From: a virus | Taxonomy: Duplodnaviria; Caudoviricetes | IMG/VR virus record: IMGVR_UViG_3300005611_000007 | Span: 32,001 to 96,000 of that record | DNA: 64,000 nucleotides | Strand: one strand, 5' to 3' | Notes under the pieces: model-generated | Databases searched by the model: none | The model's input: only the letters and a program-made list of their open reading frames with translations | Told to the model about the DNA's origin: nothing | Translations under genes and position numbers: made by a program | Shown: in pieces, positions 1 to 8,321 of the stretch | Numbering within the stretch: the first letter of the stretch is position 1 | How the letters are laid out: every line of letters starts with the position of its first letter

Positions 1-4
1 TCAT

Positions 5-457
5 TTAAACATCTTTCTTCTCCACCATTTCACCGTTACGAACAACGTAGTGTTTAACTTCACACATACTTGACTTAATATAAGCACGACCTCCGTCTAT
101 CATATTGCCGTTCTCAAACCGTTTATAATCATGGCGATGTGCGCTGTACTGTAGATTGCCATCACCATCTTCAACAAGCCCAAACTCTACAGATTCAATT
201 CGATCTGCATTGGTAATCATAATTTGTGGCTTTTGTGTTACTCGTGTATCAACCATATTGTAATATAATCCAAAGTAATGGTTACCAAACTCAGGATGTG
301 GAGTCTCTCTGTAAAAGATATCCATTGCCCATGCCTCATAGCCCAGAGCACTTGTACACACATAGGTAACAGGAACACCATCTTTCTTAGTATAGTGTTC
401 ACAAATCTTGTCAGTATCAAATAGTGGTTCGTGTTTAATCATCTTCTCCTCACTCAT
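5..457 (-). CDS. conserved phage hypothetical protein
   Basis: 150-aa ORF overlapping the upstream gene; C-terminal SxHRHDY...IDGGRxY motif recalled from phage proteins. Confidence 0.7.
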   Translation of the reverse strand: MSEEKMIKHEPLFDTDKICEHYTKKDGVPVTYVCTSALGYEAWAMDIFYRETPHPEFGNHYFGLYYNMVDTRVTQKPQIMITNADRIESVEFGLVEDGDGNLQYSAHRHDYKRFENGNMIDGGRAYIKSSMCEVKHYVVRNGEMVEKKDV

Positions 458-665
458 CTACTACCCACGCATAATTGGTTGTAATCCAGTCCTCTAGGCA
501 GTCTTCAAACGACCAGTTTTTGTCCACTTCTTCTTTACCAAACTTTTTACACATCTTCTCATACCACCAAGGATAGTATTCTTTTCTGATATCATCCTCT
601 GATACTGTTACAATAGACGTTCCTTCTCCTGGGTATGCCAGTTCATCATAAGAAAAATATCTCAT
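450..665 (-). CDS. hypothetical protein
   Basis: 71-aa ORF; ATGA overlap with the upstream ORF. Confidence 0.65.
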   Translation of the reverse strand: MRYFSYDELAYPGEGTSIVTVSEDDIRKEYYPWWYEKMCKKFGKEEVDKNWSFEDCLEDWITTNYAWVVDE

Positions 666-1051
666 CCTCGCCTCTTTCCAGTGGTTGGATCATTAGCGTC
701 TTCTTTAGATAGTACCTGTAGACCACCTTTGTTATACGCTTGACCGACAACATATTGAGAACTATACATCAGTTTTGTCTCTCTGTCAACTGATTTATTC
801 GTTTGAATCGGTACAATTTTGTTACTGAGAGGAATTTGGTCGGGGATGCTGGATTCGAACCAACGACCTGACGCTCCCAAAGCGCCCGCTCTACCAGACT
901 GAGCCAATCCCCGTTTATCTGCATGAACACCCATCTTACGAAGCCATTTATCATGTTCGATATCGGCTTGTAATTGACGTTTGGTCTTTTTAGATTTACG
1001 TTTACGAGTGGATGTTGTTGTCATCCACGGTCCCACAAGATGCATACTCAT
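662..1051 (-). CDS. basic hypothetical protein with a tRNA-Pro gene nested in frame
   Basis: GGAG SD, ATGA coupling to next gene, MHLVGPWMTT and AYNKGGLQV ends resemble a T4-like phage family. Confidence 0.7.
   Translation of the reverse strand: MSMHLVGPWMTTTSTRKRKSKKTKRQLQADIEHDKWLRKMGVHADKRGLAQSGRAGALGASGRWFESSIPDQIPLSNKIVPIQTNKSVDRETKLMYSSQYVVGQAYNKGGLQVLSKEDANDPTTGKRRG
837..913 (-). tRNA. tRNA-Pro(TGG)
   Basis: CGGGGAT/ATCCCCG acceptor, GCTC/GAGC D-stem, loop TTTGGGA, TTCGAAT T-loop, encoded CCA. Confidence 0.95.
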
Positions 1052-1065
1052 ATCATCTCCAAAAA

Positions 1066-1139
1066 TGGTGCTCCCACACAGAATCGAACTGCGAATTGAT
1101 GATTACAAATCAACTGTTATACCGTTTAACTATAGGAGC
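1066..1139 (-). tRNA. tRNA-Thr(TGT)
   Basis: GCTCCTA/TGGGAGC acceptor, loop TTTGTAA, TTCGATT, CCA; one U-U mismatch in the anticodon stem. Confidence 0.9.
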
Positions 1140-1143
1140 GTAT

Positions 1144-1218
1144 TGGCTCCTGGAGAGGGATTCGAACCCCCGACCGGGCGGTTAACAGCCGCCAGCTCTA
1201 CCACTGAGCTATCCAGGA
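1144..1218 (-). tRNA. tRNA-Asn(GTT)
   Basis: TCCTGGA/TCCAGGA acceptor, GGCGG-CTGTTAA-CCGCC anticodon arm, TTCGAAT, CCA. Confidence 0.95.
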
Positions 1219-1227
1219 ATAAATTCA

Positions 1228-1317
1228 TTAAGAGAACGCTACCATGTACATTAGGATAAGTGCCATCAGACAAGAGAAAGCAGTAAACTCGACCAACATC
1301 TTCAGAGCATTCAACAT
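1228..1317 (-). CDS. 29-aa hydrophobic peptide (MLNALKMLVEFTAFSCLMALILMYMVAFS)
   Basis: translated by hand; AAGGAG SD directly behind an early promoter. Confidence 0.5.
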   Translation of the reverse strand: MLNALKMLVEFTAFSCLMALILMYMVAFS

Positions 1318-1375
1318 CGTTTCTCTCCTTCGTTCATCATGTTTATATCATACCAAAAGAATTAATTTTTGTCAA
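1318..1375 (-). promoter_or_regulatory. early sigma70-type promoter cassette, family B
   Basis: TTGACA-17-TATGAT then ATAAACATGATGAACGAAGGAG. Confidence 0.85.
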
Positions 1376-1592
1376 CCAATATCTCAAAATCTGGATCATT
1401 TTTTAAAGCGATCCAACGATGGTCACCCGTGGGGCTAAACACCATTGCAAAAGGTCCTGGCAGCGAACGGTGTTTGGTTGTTTGAATACGGTCGCGAATC
1501 TCGCTGATCCAAAACTCCGTACCAAATTGCTGGATGCGATTCTTACCGTGTTTGCTCTTACCTTTGAGCTGGATTTGATCACCTATTTGCAT
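1362..1592 (-). CDS. hypothetical early protein
   Basis: start MQIGD after AAGGAG SD; own promoter. Confidence 0.7.
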   Translation of the reverse strand: MQIGDQIQLKGKSKHGKNRIQQFGTEFWISEIRDRIQTTKHRSLPGPFAMVFSPTGDHRWIALKNDPDFEILVDKN

Positions 1593-1618
1593 AGTATCTC
1601 TCCTTTGCTTGTTCCGTT

Positions 1619-1665
1619 GTCTCACTCACTATAATCATTATCTTACAGTGGAGATTAAATGTCAA
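1619..1665 (-). promoter_or_regulatory. early promoter cassette, family A
   Basis: TTGACATTTAATC..-GATAAT then GATTATAGTGAGTGAGAC. Confidence 0.85.
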
Positions 1666-1671
1666 GCAAAA

Positions 1672-1950
1672 TTATTCATATTCCCGAAAATTTTTGATAG
1701 ACCATTTTTGAACGACCGGCGATCCATCGGCGCCTTCATCTACGACCACATACGCTACAGTCTTCTTAACAAGACCAATACGAGTTTCATCGTTACCAAC
1801 GAAAATCTTGTGGGGATATTCATCAGCAAACCAATCATCATTCTCAGCAAACTCAAACAAGTGATCATACTCCTTTTCTCGGAACTGACCCAGAACTTTG
1901 GAGTCAATTCCAATCGTGCGACGGTCGTTGGTATAAGGAGCAAACGCCAT
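1672..1950 (-). CDS. hypothetical protein
   Basis: start MAFAPY after GGAGG SD. Confidence 0.7.
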   Translation of the reverse strand: MAFAPYTNDRRTIGIDSKVLGQFREKEYDHLFEFAENDDWFADEYPHKIFVGNDETRIGLVKKTVAYVVVDEGADGSPVVQKWSIKNFREYE

Positions 1951-1951
1951 A

Positions 1952-2167
1952 TCAATCCTCCCACTTGACAGTGAAACCAACCTTCGCCTCAGCATTCCGC
2001 TTGGCGATGTCGAAGGTTTCGTACATCTCTACGAAATTTTTGCCAATCCAAAGTTCGTATTCATCATTAATATTTTCAATGATGTCAACTTCACTTACGG
2101 CATTGGTAGCCATCCAAGCGGTCTTGATATCGATGGCTTTGGTGTCGTATTTGGCAAACTTCATCAT
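1952..2167 (-). CDS. hypothetical early protein
   Basis: ORF directly behind a family A promoter. Confidence 0.65.
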   Translation of the reverse strand: MMKFAKYDTKAIDIKTAWMATNAVSEVDIIENINDEYELWIGKNFVEMYETFDIAKRNAEAKVGFTVKWED

Positions 2168-2229
2168 GTTTCTGTCTCTCTCTGTCTCACTCACTATAAT
2201 CATTATACTCGATGGAGATTAAAAGTCAA
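2168..2229 (-). promoter_or_regulatory. early promoter cassette, family A
   Basis: TTGACT-16-TATAAT plus GATTATAGTGAGTGAGACAGAGAGAGACAGAAAC leader. Confidence 0.85.
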
Positions 2230-2237
2230 CAGTTTTT

Positions 2238-2618
2238 TTATGCAATCTTCAAATTAAGTTCGTCCACCTCATCAAAACCAAAACTTGCAACCATGTGGTA
2301 CATGCCGTTCTCATCCATGATCACATCACCAACACTCAGGCTGTGCATGGGAAGAAACCGTTCGATGTTCTCTTCTGGACCCATATTACCAACATGGAAC
2401 ACACCATCAAGGCTATTAGCGGTGATGTTGCTGACATGCTCATAGTAACCTTTCTCAAAGGCTTCCTTGACCAGATGTCCAACAGGTTTACCAAACGACA
2501 TATCAATCTTCATACGCAGCACGTTCTTAGGAACAGCGCCGTGATCACCGGCGGCGTTGATGGTGTCAACTTCTGCATCGGTGAGGTTGATCTGGAAAAC
2601 TTTGTAAATGCCTGTCAT
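2238..2618 (-). CDS. YodL-like domain protein
   Basis: YKVFQI...HSLSVGDVI motif; paralog of 18383..18733. Confidence 0.6.
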   Translation of the reverse strand: MTGIYKVFQINLTDAEVDTINAAGDHGAVPKNVLRMKIDMSFGKPVGHLVKEAFEKGYYEHVSNITANSLDGVFHVGNMGPEENIERFLPMHSLSVGDVIMDENGMYHMVASFGFDEVDELNLKIA

Positions 2619-2680
2619 GTTTCTGTCTCTCTCTGTCTCATTCACTATAATCATTATATACGGTAGAGATTAAATGTCAA
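2619..2680 (-). promoter_or_regulatory. early promoter cassette, family A
   Basis: TTGACA-16-TATAAT; leader almost identical to 2168..2229. Confidence 0.85.
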
Positions 2681-2688
2681 CAGTTTTT

Positions 2689-3015
2689 TTACGATTTTGG
2701 AGATTTTTTTTCGGGCTTGGGCTGTACTGTTACCTCATGGAACCCTTCACCAGCAATCGTGGCACAAATCGTTTTTTGCCCTTCTATATAACCAATACGA
2801 ACAATGGTAAATGAACCCGTTTCAACATTTGCCCATATTTCCACCATAAATCTGCTATTGTCCGTAATTCCTCTATATAAAACTTTTTCTTCATATGTCT
2901 CAATAAGAGGTGTGATACCATCATCATAAGGAATACAGGTAACTCGTTGAGCGTCAGCGGTATTACTGAAACCTACCGAAAAGAGCAGGGTTAGGATGAA
3001 CAAGATTCTTTTCAT
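2689..3015 (-). CDS. secreted/periplasmic protein
   Basis: signal peptide MKRILFILTLLF..ADA; two Cys. Confidence 0.65.
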   Translation of the reverse strand: MKRILFILTLLFSVGFSNTADAQRVTCIPYDDGITPLIETYEEKVLYRGITDNSRFMVEIWANVETGSFTIVRIGYIEGQKTICATIAGEGFHEVTVQPKPEKKSPKS

Positions 3016-3661
3016 CGTAGAATCCTCTAATAGCATCGACCAGCGGAGAGATATAATCGTCTCTCTTGCCGAGAAAAATTTGTGGTTCCGATTCCTGATC
3101 TACTGCTATTAAAACGACAAATCGGTCCACTGGCGTACCTGTTAGTTCTTCAAACATCACACAATATGCGGTACATTGCATAAAATAATTATCGATCCAA
3201 TCACGTTTCTTTAATTTACGAGAAGTCTTGAAATCAACGATTGACGCTTTACCATTCCATTTACAGACAAGATCTACTCTACCCGCTATACCAAGATACT
3301 CAGAATATAACGGAACCTCTTGCCCATAAACCTCTTCTATCATACTATCTAGTGTATTTTGAACACTTAAAAACATCTCCTTATCTAAAGGAGACTTGAA
3401 AACAGGTTCAACATTATTTATATAGTCTTCACAAATTTTATGAAGCCTAGTACCTCTGGAAGATGCTTGTCCTGAAATTCGATTTGCCTCTTCTTCACCA
3501 ACTTTTTTTCGCCATGCCATAATACCGTCACGAGACAACCGACCAAGAACAGTGGTGATAGAAGGTAAGTCACCGGCAGGAGTATGATACATCCTGCCGG
3601 TTTCCTTATTCGTTGTTGCCTTGATATCAGGTAAACTTATTTGGCGATGTTGAAAAATCAT
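2963..3661 (-). CDS. PD-(D/E)xK exonuclease (Cas4-like fold, T4-like phage type)
   Basis: PSITT, RGTxLH, AGRVD, IVDFKT, YFMQ motifs. Confidence 0.85.
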   Translation of the reverse strand: MIFQHRQISLPDIKATTNKETGRMYHTPAGDLPSITTVLGRLSRDGIMAWRKKVGEEEANRISGQASSRGTRLHKICEDYINNVEPVFKSPLDKEMFLSVQNTLDSMIEEVYGQEVPLYSEYLGIAGRVDLVCKWNGKASIVDFKTSRKLKKRDWIDNYFMQCTAYCVMFEELTGTPVDRFVVLIAVDQESEPQIFLGKRDDYISPLVDAIRGFYDEKNLVHPNPALFGRFQ

Positions 3662-3971
3662 CTAATCCACTCACAATCATGTCTTCTGCTTCATATCCAG
3701 CAACATTGTCTGGAGCACCAATATCAGGAAACAAAGGGTCTACATCGCCGTAACCATATAAAAAATCATTATTCATTAGATGAACTCCGACCTTTTCTCG
3801 CCAACGAGTACCGTGAACTACATTCATATAACAATCTAATTGTTTTTCAATCAGTTCCAATAGATACTCATTTGTATACTTTCGAAGTTCATCTGCTTTA
3901 TATGGAATGTCCCAATCTTCTTCATTACGTACACAGTAATCTAAAACAAGTTCAATCAACTTTTCGCGCAT
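3627..3971 (-). CDS. hypothetical protein
   Basis: 114-aa ORF packed in the operon. Confidence 0.6.
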   Translation of the reverse strand: MREKLIELVLDYCVRNEEDWDIPYKADELRKYTNEYLLELIEKQLDCYMNVVHGTRWREKVGVHLMNNDFLYGYGDVDPLFPDIGAPDNVAGYEAEDMIVSGLDDFSTSPNKFT

Positions 3972-3973
3972 AT

Positions 3974-4714
3974 CTACAAAACTCCATGCTTTGCTTTTGA
4001 GATTATATAATCTTTCACGATACTGCTTCGCACAATATCGTCTTCCTCAAACTCTACTGTTTGAAACTCTTCTATTGTATCAAGAATTTTCATAAATGTC
4101 AATAATCCTTTTCTTTCTTCATCTCTAATAAGATCACTCTGTCTAAAGTCACCACAGAACATAATACGACTATTTTCACCAAGTCTGGTAATGATAGAAT
4201 CCAACTCATGGAAGTTTAAATTTTGAGCCTCATCAACTATTACAATCGTATCATCTAATGTTAGTCCACGAATATAAGATGTTGTAACAAAGTTGATAAG
4301 ATTCTTTGTTTTCAGAATCTCGTATGCATCGCCTCTTCCAAATAATTCACTACAGATGCTAGAGTATGGCGCTTCGTATACTTTGGATTTTTCTTTTTCG
4401 CTTCCTGGTAGAAATCCCATATCTCTTGTTGGGACTACCGAGCGAACAATGGTAACATTATGTTGGTCGCAGTCTTGGCTTAAAACGTCAGACAGTGCTA
4501 AGTAGAGTGATATGAAGGTCTTTCCTGTTCCTGCAAGACCATGCAGTAGAAGATTATATTCTTCGTCATAGTGATCAAAGGCTCGTTTTTGATTTTGTGT
4601 TTTCGGTTGAATAGATCGTATTCTAAGCGAATTACTCTGTTGTTTTCTCAGTTCTCTTTTTTGCCTTTTTGTAAGTTTACCTACGCCATAATCTTCTAGG
4701 TTAATAAGGGACAT
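3974..4714 (-). CDS. phoH: PhoH family ATPase
   Basis: GLAGTGKT, MGFLPG, RGLT, DEAQN, GDxxQSDL, DIVRS. Confidence 0.95.
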   Translation of the reverse strand: MSLINLEDYGVGKLTKRQKRELRKQQSNSLRIRSIQPKTQNQKRAFDHYDEEYNLLLHGLAGTGKTFISLYLALSDVLSQDCDQHNVTIVRSVVPTRDMGFLPGSEKEKSKVYEAPYSSICSELFGRGDAYEILKTKNLINFVTTSYIRGLTLDDTIVIVDEAQNLNFHELDSIITRLGENSRIMFCGDFRQSDLIRDEERKGLLTFMKILDTIEEFQTVEFEEDDIVRSSIVKDYIISKAKHGVL

Positions 4715-4735
4715 TTATTAGTTCCTTTGTGCGAG

Positions 4736-5059
4736 TTAAAGTTTTACAGAATCTCCACGTATAGCTCGCTGTTTTCTCCACTTCTCTACGGCTTGTCTTG
4801 TTTTAACCTCCTTTGTTGACTTTGTTGACCCTCTAGAAGCGGCCAGTTCGCTGGTTGGATGAGCATCAGAGATTTTACTCATTATATCATTCCAACCACC
4901 ATCATTACGCAAACCTCCAACTCCAGAAACAATGTTCATAGAGTTAAAGACTTGTTTAATTTGAGGATTTTTTTTAAGGTAACTTTCTTTTTCTGAGATT
5001 GACATAATGTCATCCCATTCCATGCCTGATTGTTCATTAAAAAATGTATAAGTTGGCAT
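4736..5059 (-). CDS. FmdB-like conserved phage protein (no Cys)
   Basis: MPTYTF start; typical neighbour of phoH in T4-like phages. Confidence 0.65.
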   Translation of the reverse strand: MPTYTFFNEQSGMEWDDIMSISEKESYLKKNPQIKQVFNSMNIVSGVGGLRNDGGWNDIMSKISDAHPTSELAASRGSTKSTKEVKTRQAVEKWRKQRAIRGDSVKL

Positions 5060-5081
5060 TAGTCCTCCTTATCTCTATTTA

Positions 5082-5903
5082 TCAAATAGTGTCTTTTGTT
5101 TCATCAAAATCTCTAGAAAACACGCTTTTGAAATTTTCTTTCCAAAGATCAGAATATTCGCTATCCTGATATAATCTAAAAACAGGTGAACCTAAAGTAT
5201 GATGAATGTTAGATGGAAGTTCATCTTTTTCTAATCCGTAATAATCTCGATCCATTGGTTCGTCTACTAGATAATTCCATTTTAAAGGAAGTTCTCCAAT
5301 ATCATTATCATCGAACCCTTGAAATCTATGAAGATATGCCGGATCTTTTGTATCAGCTAATTTAAAGGTCATCTGTTTGCTTTTATCATGAAGACAATTC
5401 CACAGTGTAACAGAAGACCAGTTCTTTCTAGGATAATTCTCTTGGGGAGTACCATGCATCTTATAACGAGATGCAGAAGAATAATCGTGTTTACAAACAG
5501 AAACTGGTTTGGACAAGTCCGCCACTTTTAATAAATTCCAAACAGATTCAGTAAACATCATATCACAATCTAAAAATAAAGAATATCTTTCTAATAAACC
5601 TTTATATTTATTTTCTATACTTTCAGGATATTGCATATGTAATCTTGTGATAGGAACACAAAGAAATCTAGTCATAGAAAATTCTGTAGATCCTCTTTTA
5701 TCTAATTTTCTTGATGTATATTCATTGGCATAAAGTTGATTGTAGATCAAAGGAATAATTACAAAATCTTTTCTATGATTACTATATTTTCTAATTGTAT
5801 GCGCTAGTATTTTAGCGCAGAAATCTTCTTTAGAATCATATCCTATGAATATGGTTAAAGTAGTGCTTCCTGCTTTTTCTAGTGGATCAAAAAGAAATGT
5901 CAT
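5082..5903 (-). CDS. GT-A (GT8-like) glycosyltransferase
   Basis: IFIGYD, STEFSxTRF, DCD, YPRKNWSS, WNYL. Confidence 0.8.
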   Translation of the reverse strand: MTFLFDPLEKAGSTTLTIFIGYDSKEDFCAKILAHTIRKYSNHRKDFVIIPLIYNQLYANEYTSRKLDKRGSTEFSMTRFLCVPITRLHMQYPESIENKYKGLLERYSLFLDCDMMFTESVWNLLKVADLSKPVSVCKHDYSSASRYKMHGTPQENYPRKNWSSVTLWNCLHDKSKQMTFKLADTKDPAYLHRFQGFDDNDIGELPLKWNYLVDEPMDRDYYGLEKDELPSNIHHTLGSPVFRLYQDSEYSDLWKENFKSVFSRDFDETKDTI

Positions 5904-6525
5904 CTGTTAACATCTGCTCAAACATTGAATAAGACAAACCATGCATATTATTGGATTGACATCTGTAAAACTCATATTGTTTATCAAAAACAAATATAAA
6001 GTCTACAAGATGATTATGCGACATAAACCAATCTAGATATCTAATTCTATTTGGATTATCCGCAGCTCTTGTTCTTGTTTCAGCCTTTCCTTTAAACATA
6101 TTGCTGATAGATTGAGTCTCGTCGTTTTTAATTAAAGAGTCGAATCCTAATATATATAACACCGAACAACCTGTTCTTATAGCACATTTCATAGCAAACA
6201 TACCAGTATTAGAACGAGGACGAGGACCAGCGTGTCCATGATAAAACATAGACTCTACATGGTCCTCAATATCTTCTGGATAAATTATAGGGGACTGGTC
6301 TTCTTTTTCTAACTGGTCTCTCCTATACTCTTCAATGGTAACATGATAATCTACTTTATTAGGATCGTCAAATCCTTTGTAAGCAACGCCACACGAGTAG
6401 ATTAAAAGATTTTCTTTATTAACAAGATTATTTAAATTGAAATTTTGTCTTGTAGTACCATTACCTATAATAACAGCCGATTTACGATTTATGAATGGTA
6501 TCTTCTGAAACATCTTCACCTTCAT
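5887..6525 (-). CDS. Maf/sialyltransferase-like Rossmann-fold protein
   Basis: VIIGNG...NTG..A...YILGFD. Confidence 0.55.
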   Translation of the reverse strand: MKVKMFQKIPFINRKSAVIIGNGTTRQNFNLNNLVNKENLLIYSCGVAYKGFDDPNKVDYHVTIEEYRRDQLEKEDQSPIIYPEDIEDHVESMFYHGHAGPRPRSNTGMFAMKCAIRTGCSVLYILGFDSLIKNDETQSISNMFKGKAETRTRAADNPNRIRYLDWFMSHNHLVDFIFVFDKQYEFYRCQSNNMHGLSYSMFEQMLTDDISF

Positions 6526-6661
6526 TTAAATTAAATTTATTTTTTAAAGATTCTTGGCGTTCTTCTCTCATTTTTCGAAATTTTTTTACTCGTCGTGGAT
6601 TATCATAATCATCGTAATCTTCATCCCACTTGTTACGGCGAGCCCGAAAAGTCTTAGACAT
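6482..6661 (-). CDS. small charged hypothetical protein
   Basis: MSKTFR start, packed between neighbours. Confidence 0.55.
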   Translation of the reverse strand: MSKTFRARRNKWDEDYDDYDNPRRVKKFRKMREERQESLKNKFNLNEGEDVSEDTIHKS

Positions 6662-6666
6662 AACTA

Positions 6667-7092
6667 TTACCAATCCTTTGCTTCTGTGAAAGTTTTCTTA
6701 ATAAGCGCCTTAGTGATTCCTTTATAAGGACTCTTTTTATTTTTGATGGACAACATCATTAGAGCATCGTCTGGATCCATAGATTCCAGAAATTCGATAA
6801 ACATCGTTTCCCGTTTAATCGGTTTGATGTTTTCATACTGACCTTTAATAAAATACTTTATTCTACGAAAATCGTGATATAGGTAATTTTGTAAATCAGA
6901 CTCTTTTGGTTGTGGTTTGTATGGTGGATCACCCTCTGGGAGATCAAATAATACTTTCGGATCAAACATTAGTCTGAACATAAGTATCAATGGTATACAG
7001 GTCTTTGACGATTCTTGTAAATACGCAATTTTCTCATTTTCTGTCTTTAACTTAGACGCCTTTTCAATAATTTCAGCAATACCATCTTTCAT
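6667..7092 (-). CDS. conserved T4-like phage protein
   Basis: FDP..LPEGDPPY, KRE.MFI..LE motifs; usual neighbour of rnh. Confidence 0.75.
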   Translation of the reverse strand: MKDGIAEIIEKASKLKTENEKIAYLQESSKTCIPLILMFRLMFDPKVLFDLPEGDPPYKPQPKESDLQNYLYHDFRRIKYFIKGQYENIKPIKRETMFIEFLESMDPDDALMMLSIKNKKSPYKGITKALIKKTFTEAKDW

Positions 7093-7935
7093 TTAAAACT
7101 CCTGAATATCAGACATTAGATTTTTCAACCTCTTCTTAATAAAATAGTTCAACAACTTTGATTTATCCTTTTTTTCATAGTTCTTATATGTATCTATAAC
7201 TTGTGTACGGATTGTTTCTGGTATACGAGATAGATCAATCAACTGAATGTTTCTCATATAGTTTCGATGTACTTCACCATCAAAAGGAGTGATACCACGA
7301 TTCATATCATCAATCATTGCAGCAACCTTTTTCTTTGTTAATGGCCGCTGTCTAGCACCAACGACGAAAACATCATCACGAGAAAGAATATTAGGTACTC
7401 CGTCGCCGGCATCGCCCCTGATAACATGTTCGTAAAGGTAAGCCATAGGATCTTCAACTCTAATAAACTTCTTCGTAATAGGGGAATACTGTTCAACATT
7501 CTTATACCTTTGCAATTGTGAAAAGTCTTTATCGCCAGAGACAATCATGATCTTTTCACCATTACCACCAAATCGTTCGACCATTGTAGCAATGATGTCA
7601 TCAGCCTCGGCAGATTCGATTTGAATTACGACATATGGAAAATTATCTCGAATCTCTTCTTTGATTGAATTCAGCGTATCAAAGATAAGATTCCAGTCGA
7701 GTGGTGATTCTTCTCGACTCTTCTTACGATTTGCCTTATAGTAAGGAAAGATTTGACGACGCCAATAGTTCTTGTCATCGCAACAGAGTATCATTTCTCC
7801 GTATTCAGAGAACCGTGTCTTAAAGCTACGGATTGAGTTTAGTACCATGTGACGAATAAGATCTTCACTAAAATCTTTATTGCCACTCGCCAGAATGCCT
7901 GATAGACATACCTGTGAAAAATCTAACAAAATCAT
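7093..7935 (-). CDS. rnh: T4-type RNase H / 5'-3' exonuclease
   Basis: YWRR..FPYYK.NR, EADD, SGDKDFxQL, GDxxDGVPN. Confidence 0.92.
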   Translation of the reverse strand: MILLDFSQVCLSGILASGNKDFSEDLIRHMVLNSIRSFKTRFSEYGEMILCCDDKNYWRRQIFPYYKANRKKSREESPLDWNLIFDTLNSIKEEIRDNFPYVVIQIESAEADDIIATMVERFGGNGEKIMIVSGDKDFSQLQRYKNVEQYSPITKKFIRVEDPMAYLYEHVIRGDAGDGVPNILSRDDVFVVGARQRPLTKKKVAAMIDDMNRGITPFDGEVHRNYMRNIQLIDLSRIPETIRTQVIDTYKNYEKKDKSKLLNYFIKKRLKNLMSDIQEF

Positions 7936-7943
7936 ATCACACC

Positions 7944-8321
7944 TTATTCTTCGTCATCTTCCTCTTCGTCACCAAATACAATATCGCCATTCTCAATCAT
8001 CTTCTTGAGACGGTCACGATTGTTTAAGATGACATCATATAAAGGATGTTCGATATCCACACTATTATATAGTATGGCTCTCATCATCTCTCCAACAAGA
8101 ATATAATCCTTGAAGAATCCAGAATCTTCTATAGGAAACCCTTGCATCATCATTTTCGTAGCAAGACGGCTAAATTCTGTGTTGACTACTTCGTCTACCA
8201 ACATCATTCGATTGATTGTGATAGCCTTTATTGTCTCTTCTTCAGATTGTGGAAGATTCCTTTCTTTTACAATGGGCGATACACCCATTCGTTCCAAAGG
8301 AAACTGAATCACATTGCTCAT
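7944..8321 (-). CDS. hypothetical protein
   Basis: 125-aa ORF with an NVIQFP start motif. Confidence 0.7.
   Translation of the reverse strand: MSNVIQFPLERMGVSPIVKERNLPQSEEETIKAITINRMMLVDEVVNTEFSRLATKMMMQGFPIEDSGFFKDYILVGEMMRAILYNSVDIEHPLYDVILNNRDRLKKMIENGDIVFGDEEEDDEE

Noticed and set aside
981-2666. Plus-strand ORFs here and similar antisense ORFs elsewhere (e.g. 38307..38891, 43390..43890, 59305..59682, and minus-strand 12682..13014)
   Set aside because: Shadows of well-supported opposite-strand genes or tRNAs, with no SD or motifs
1619-2680. CRISPR-like repeat array
   Set aside because: The repeats are promoter/leader units separated by whole genes, not 30-40 nt spacers; no cas operon
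2963-3661. Cas4 as a sign of a CRISPR system
   Set aside because: Lacks the four-Cys cluster pattern; ordinary T4-like exonuclease next to phoH
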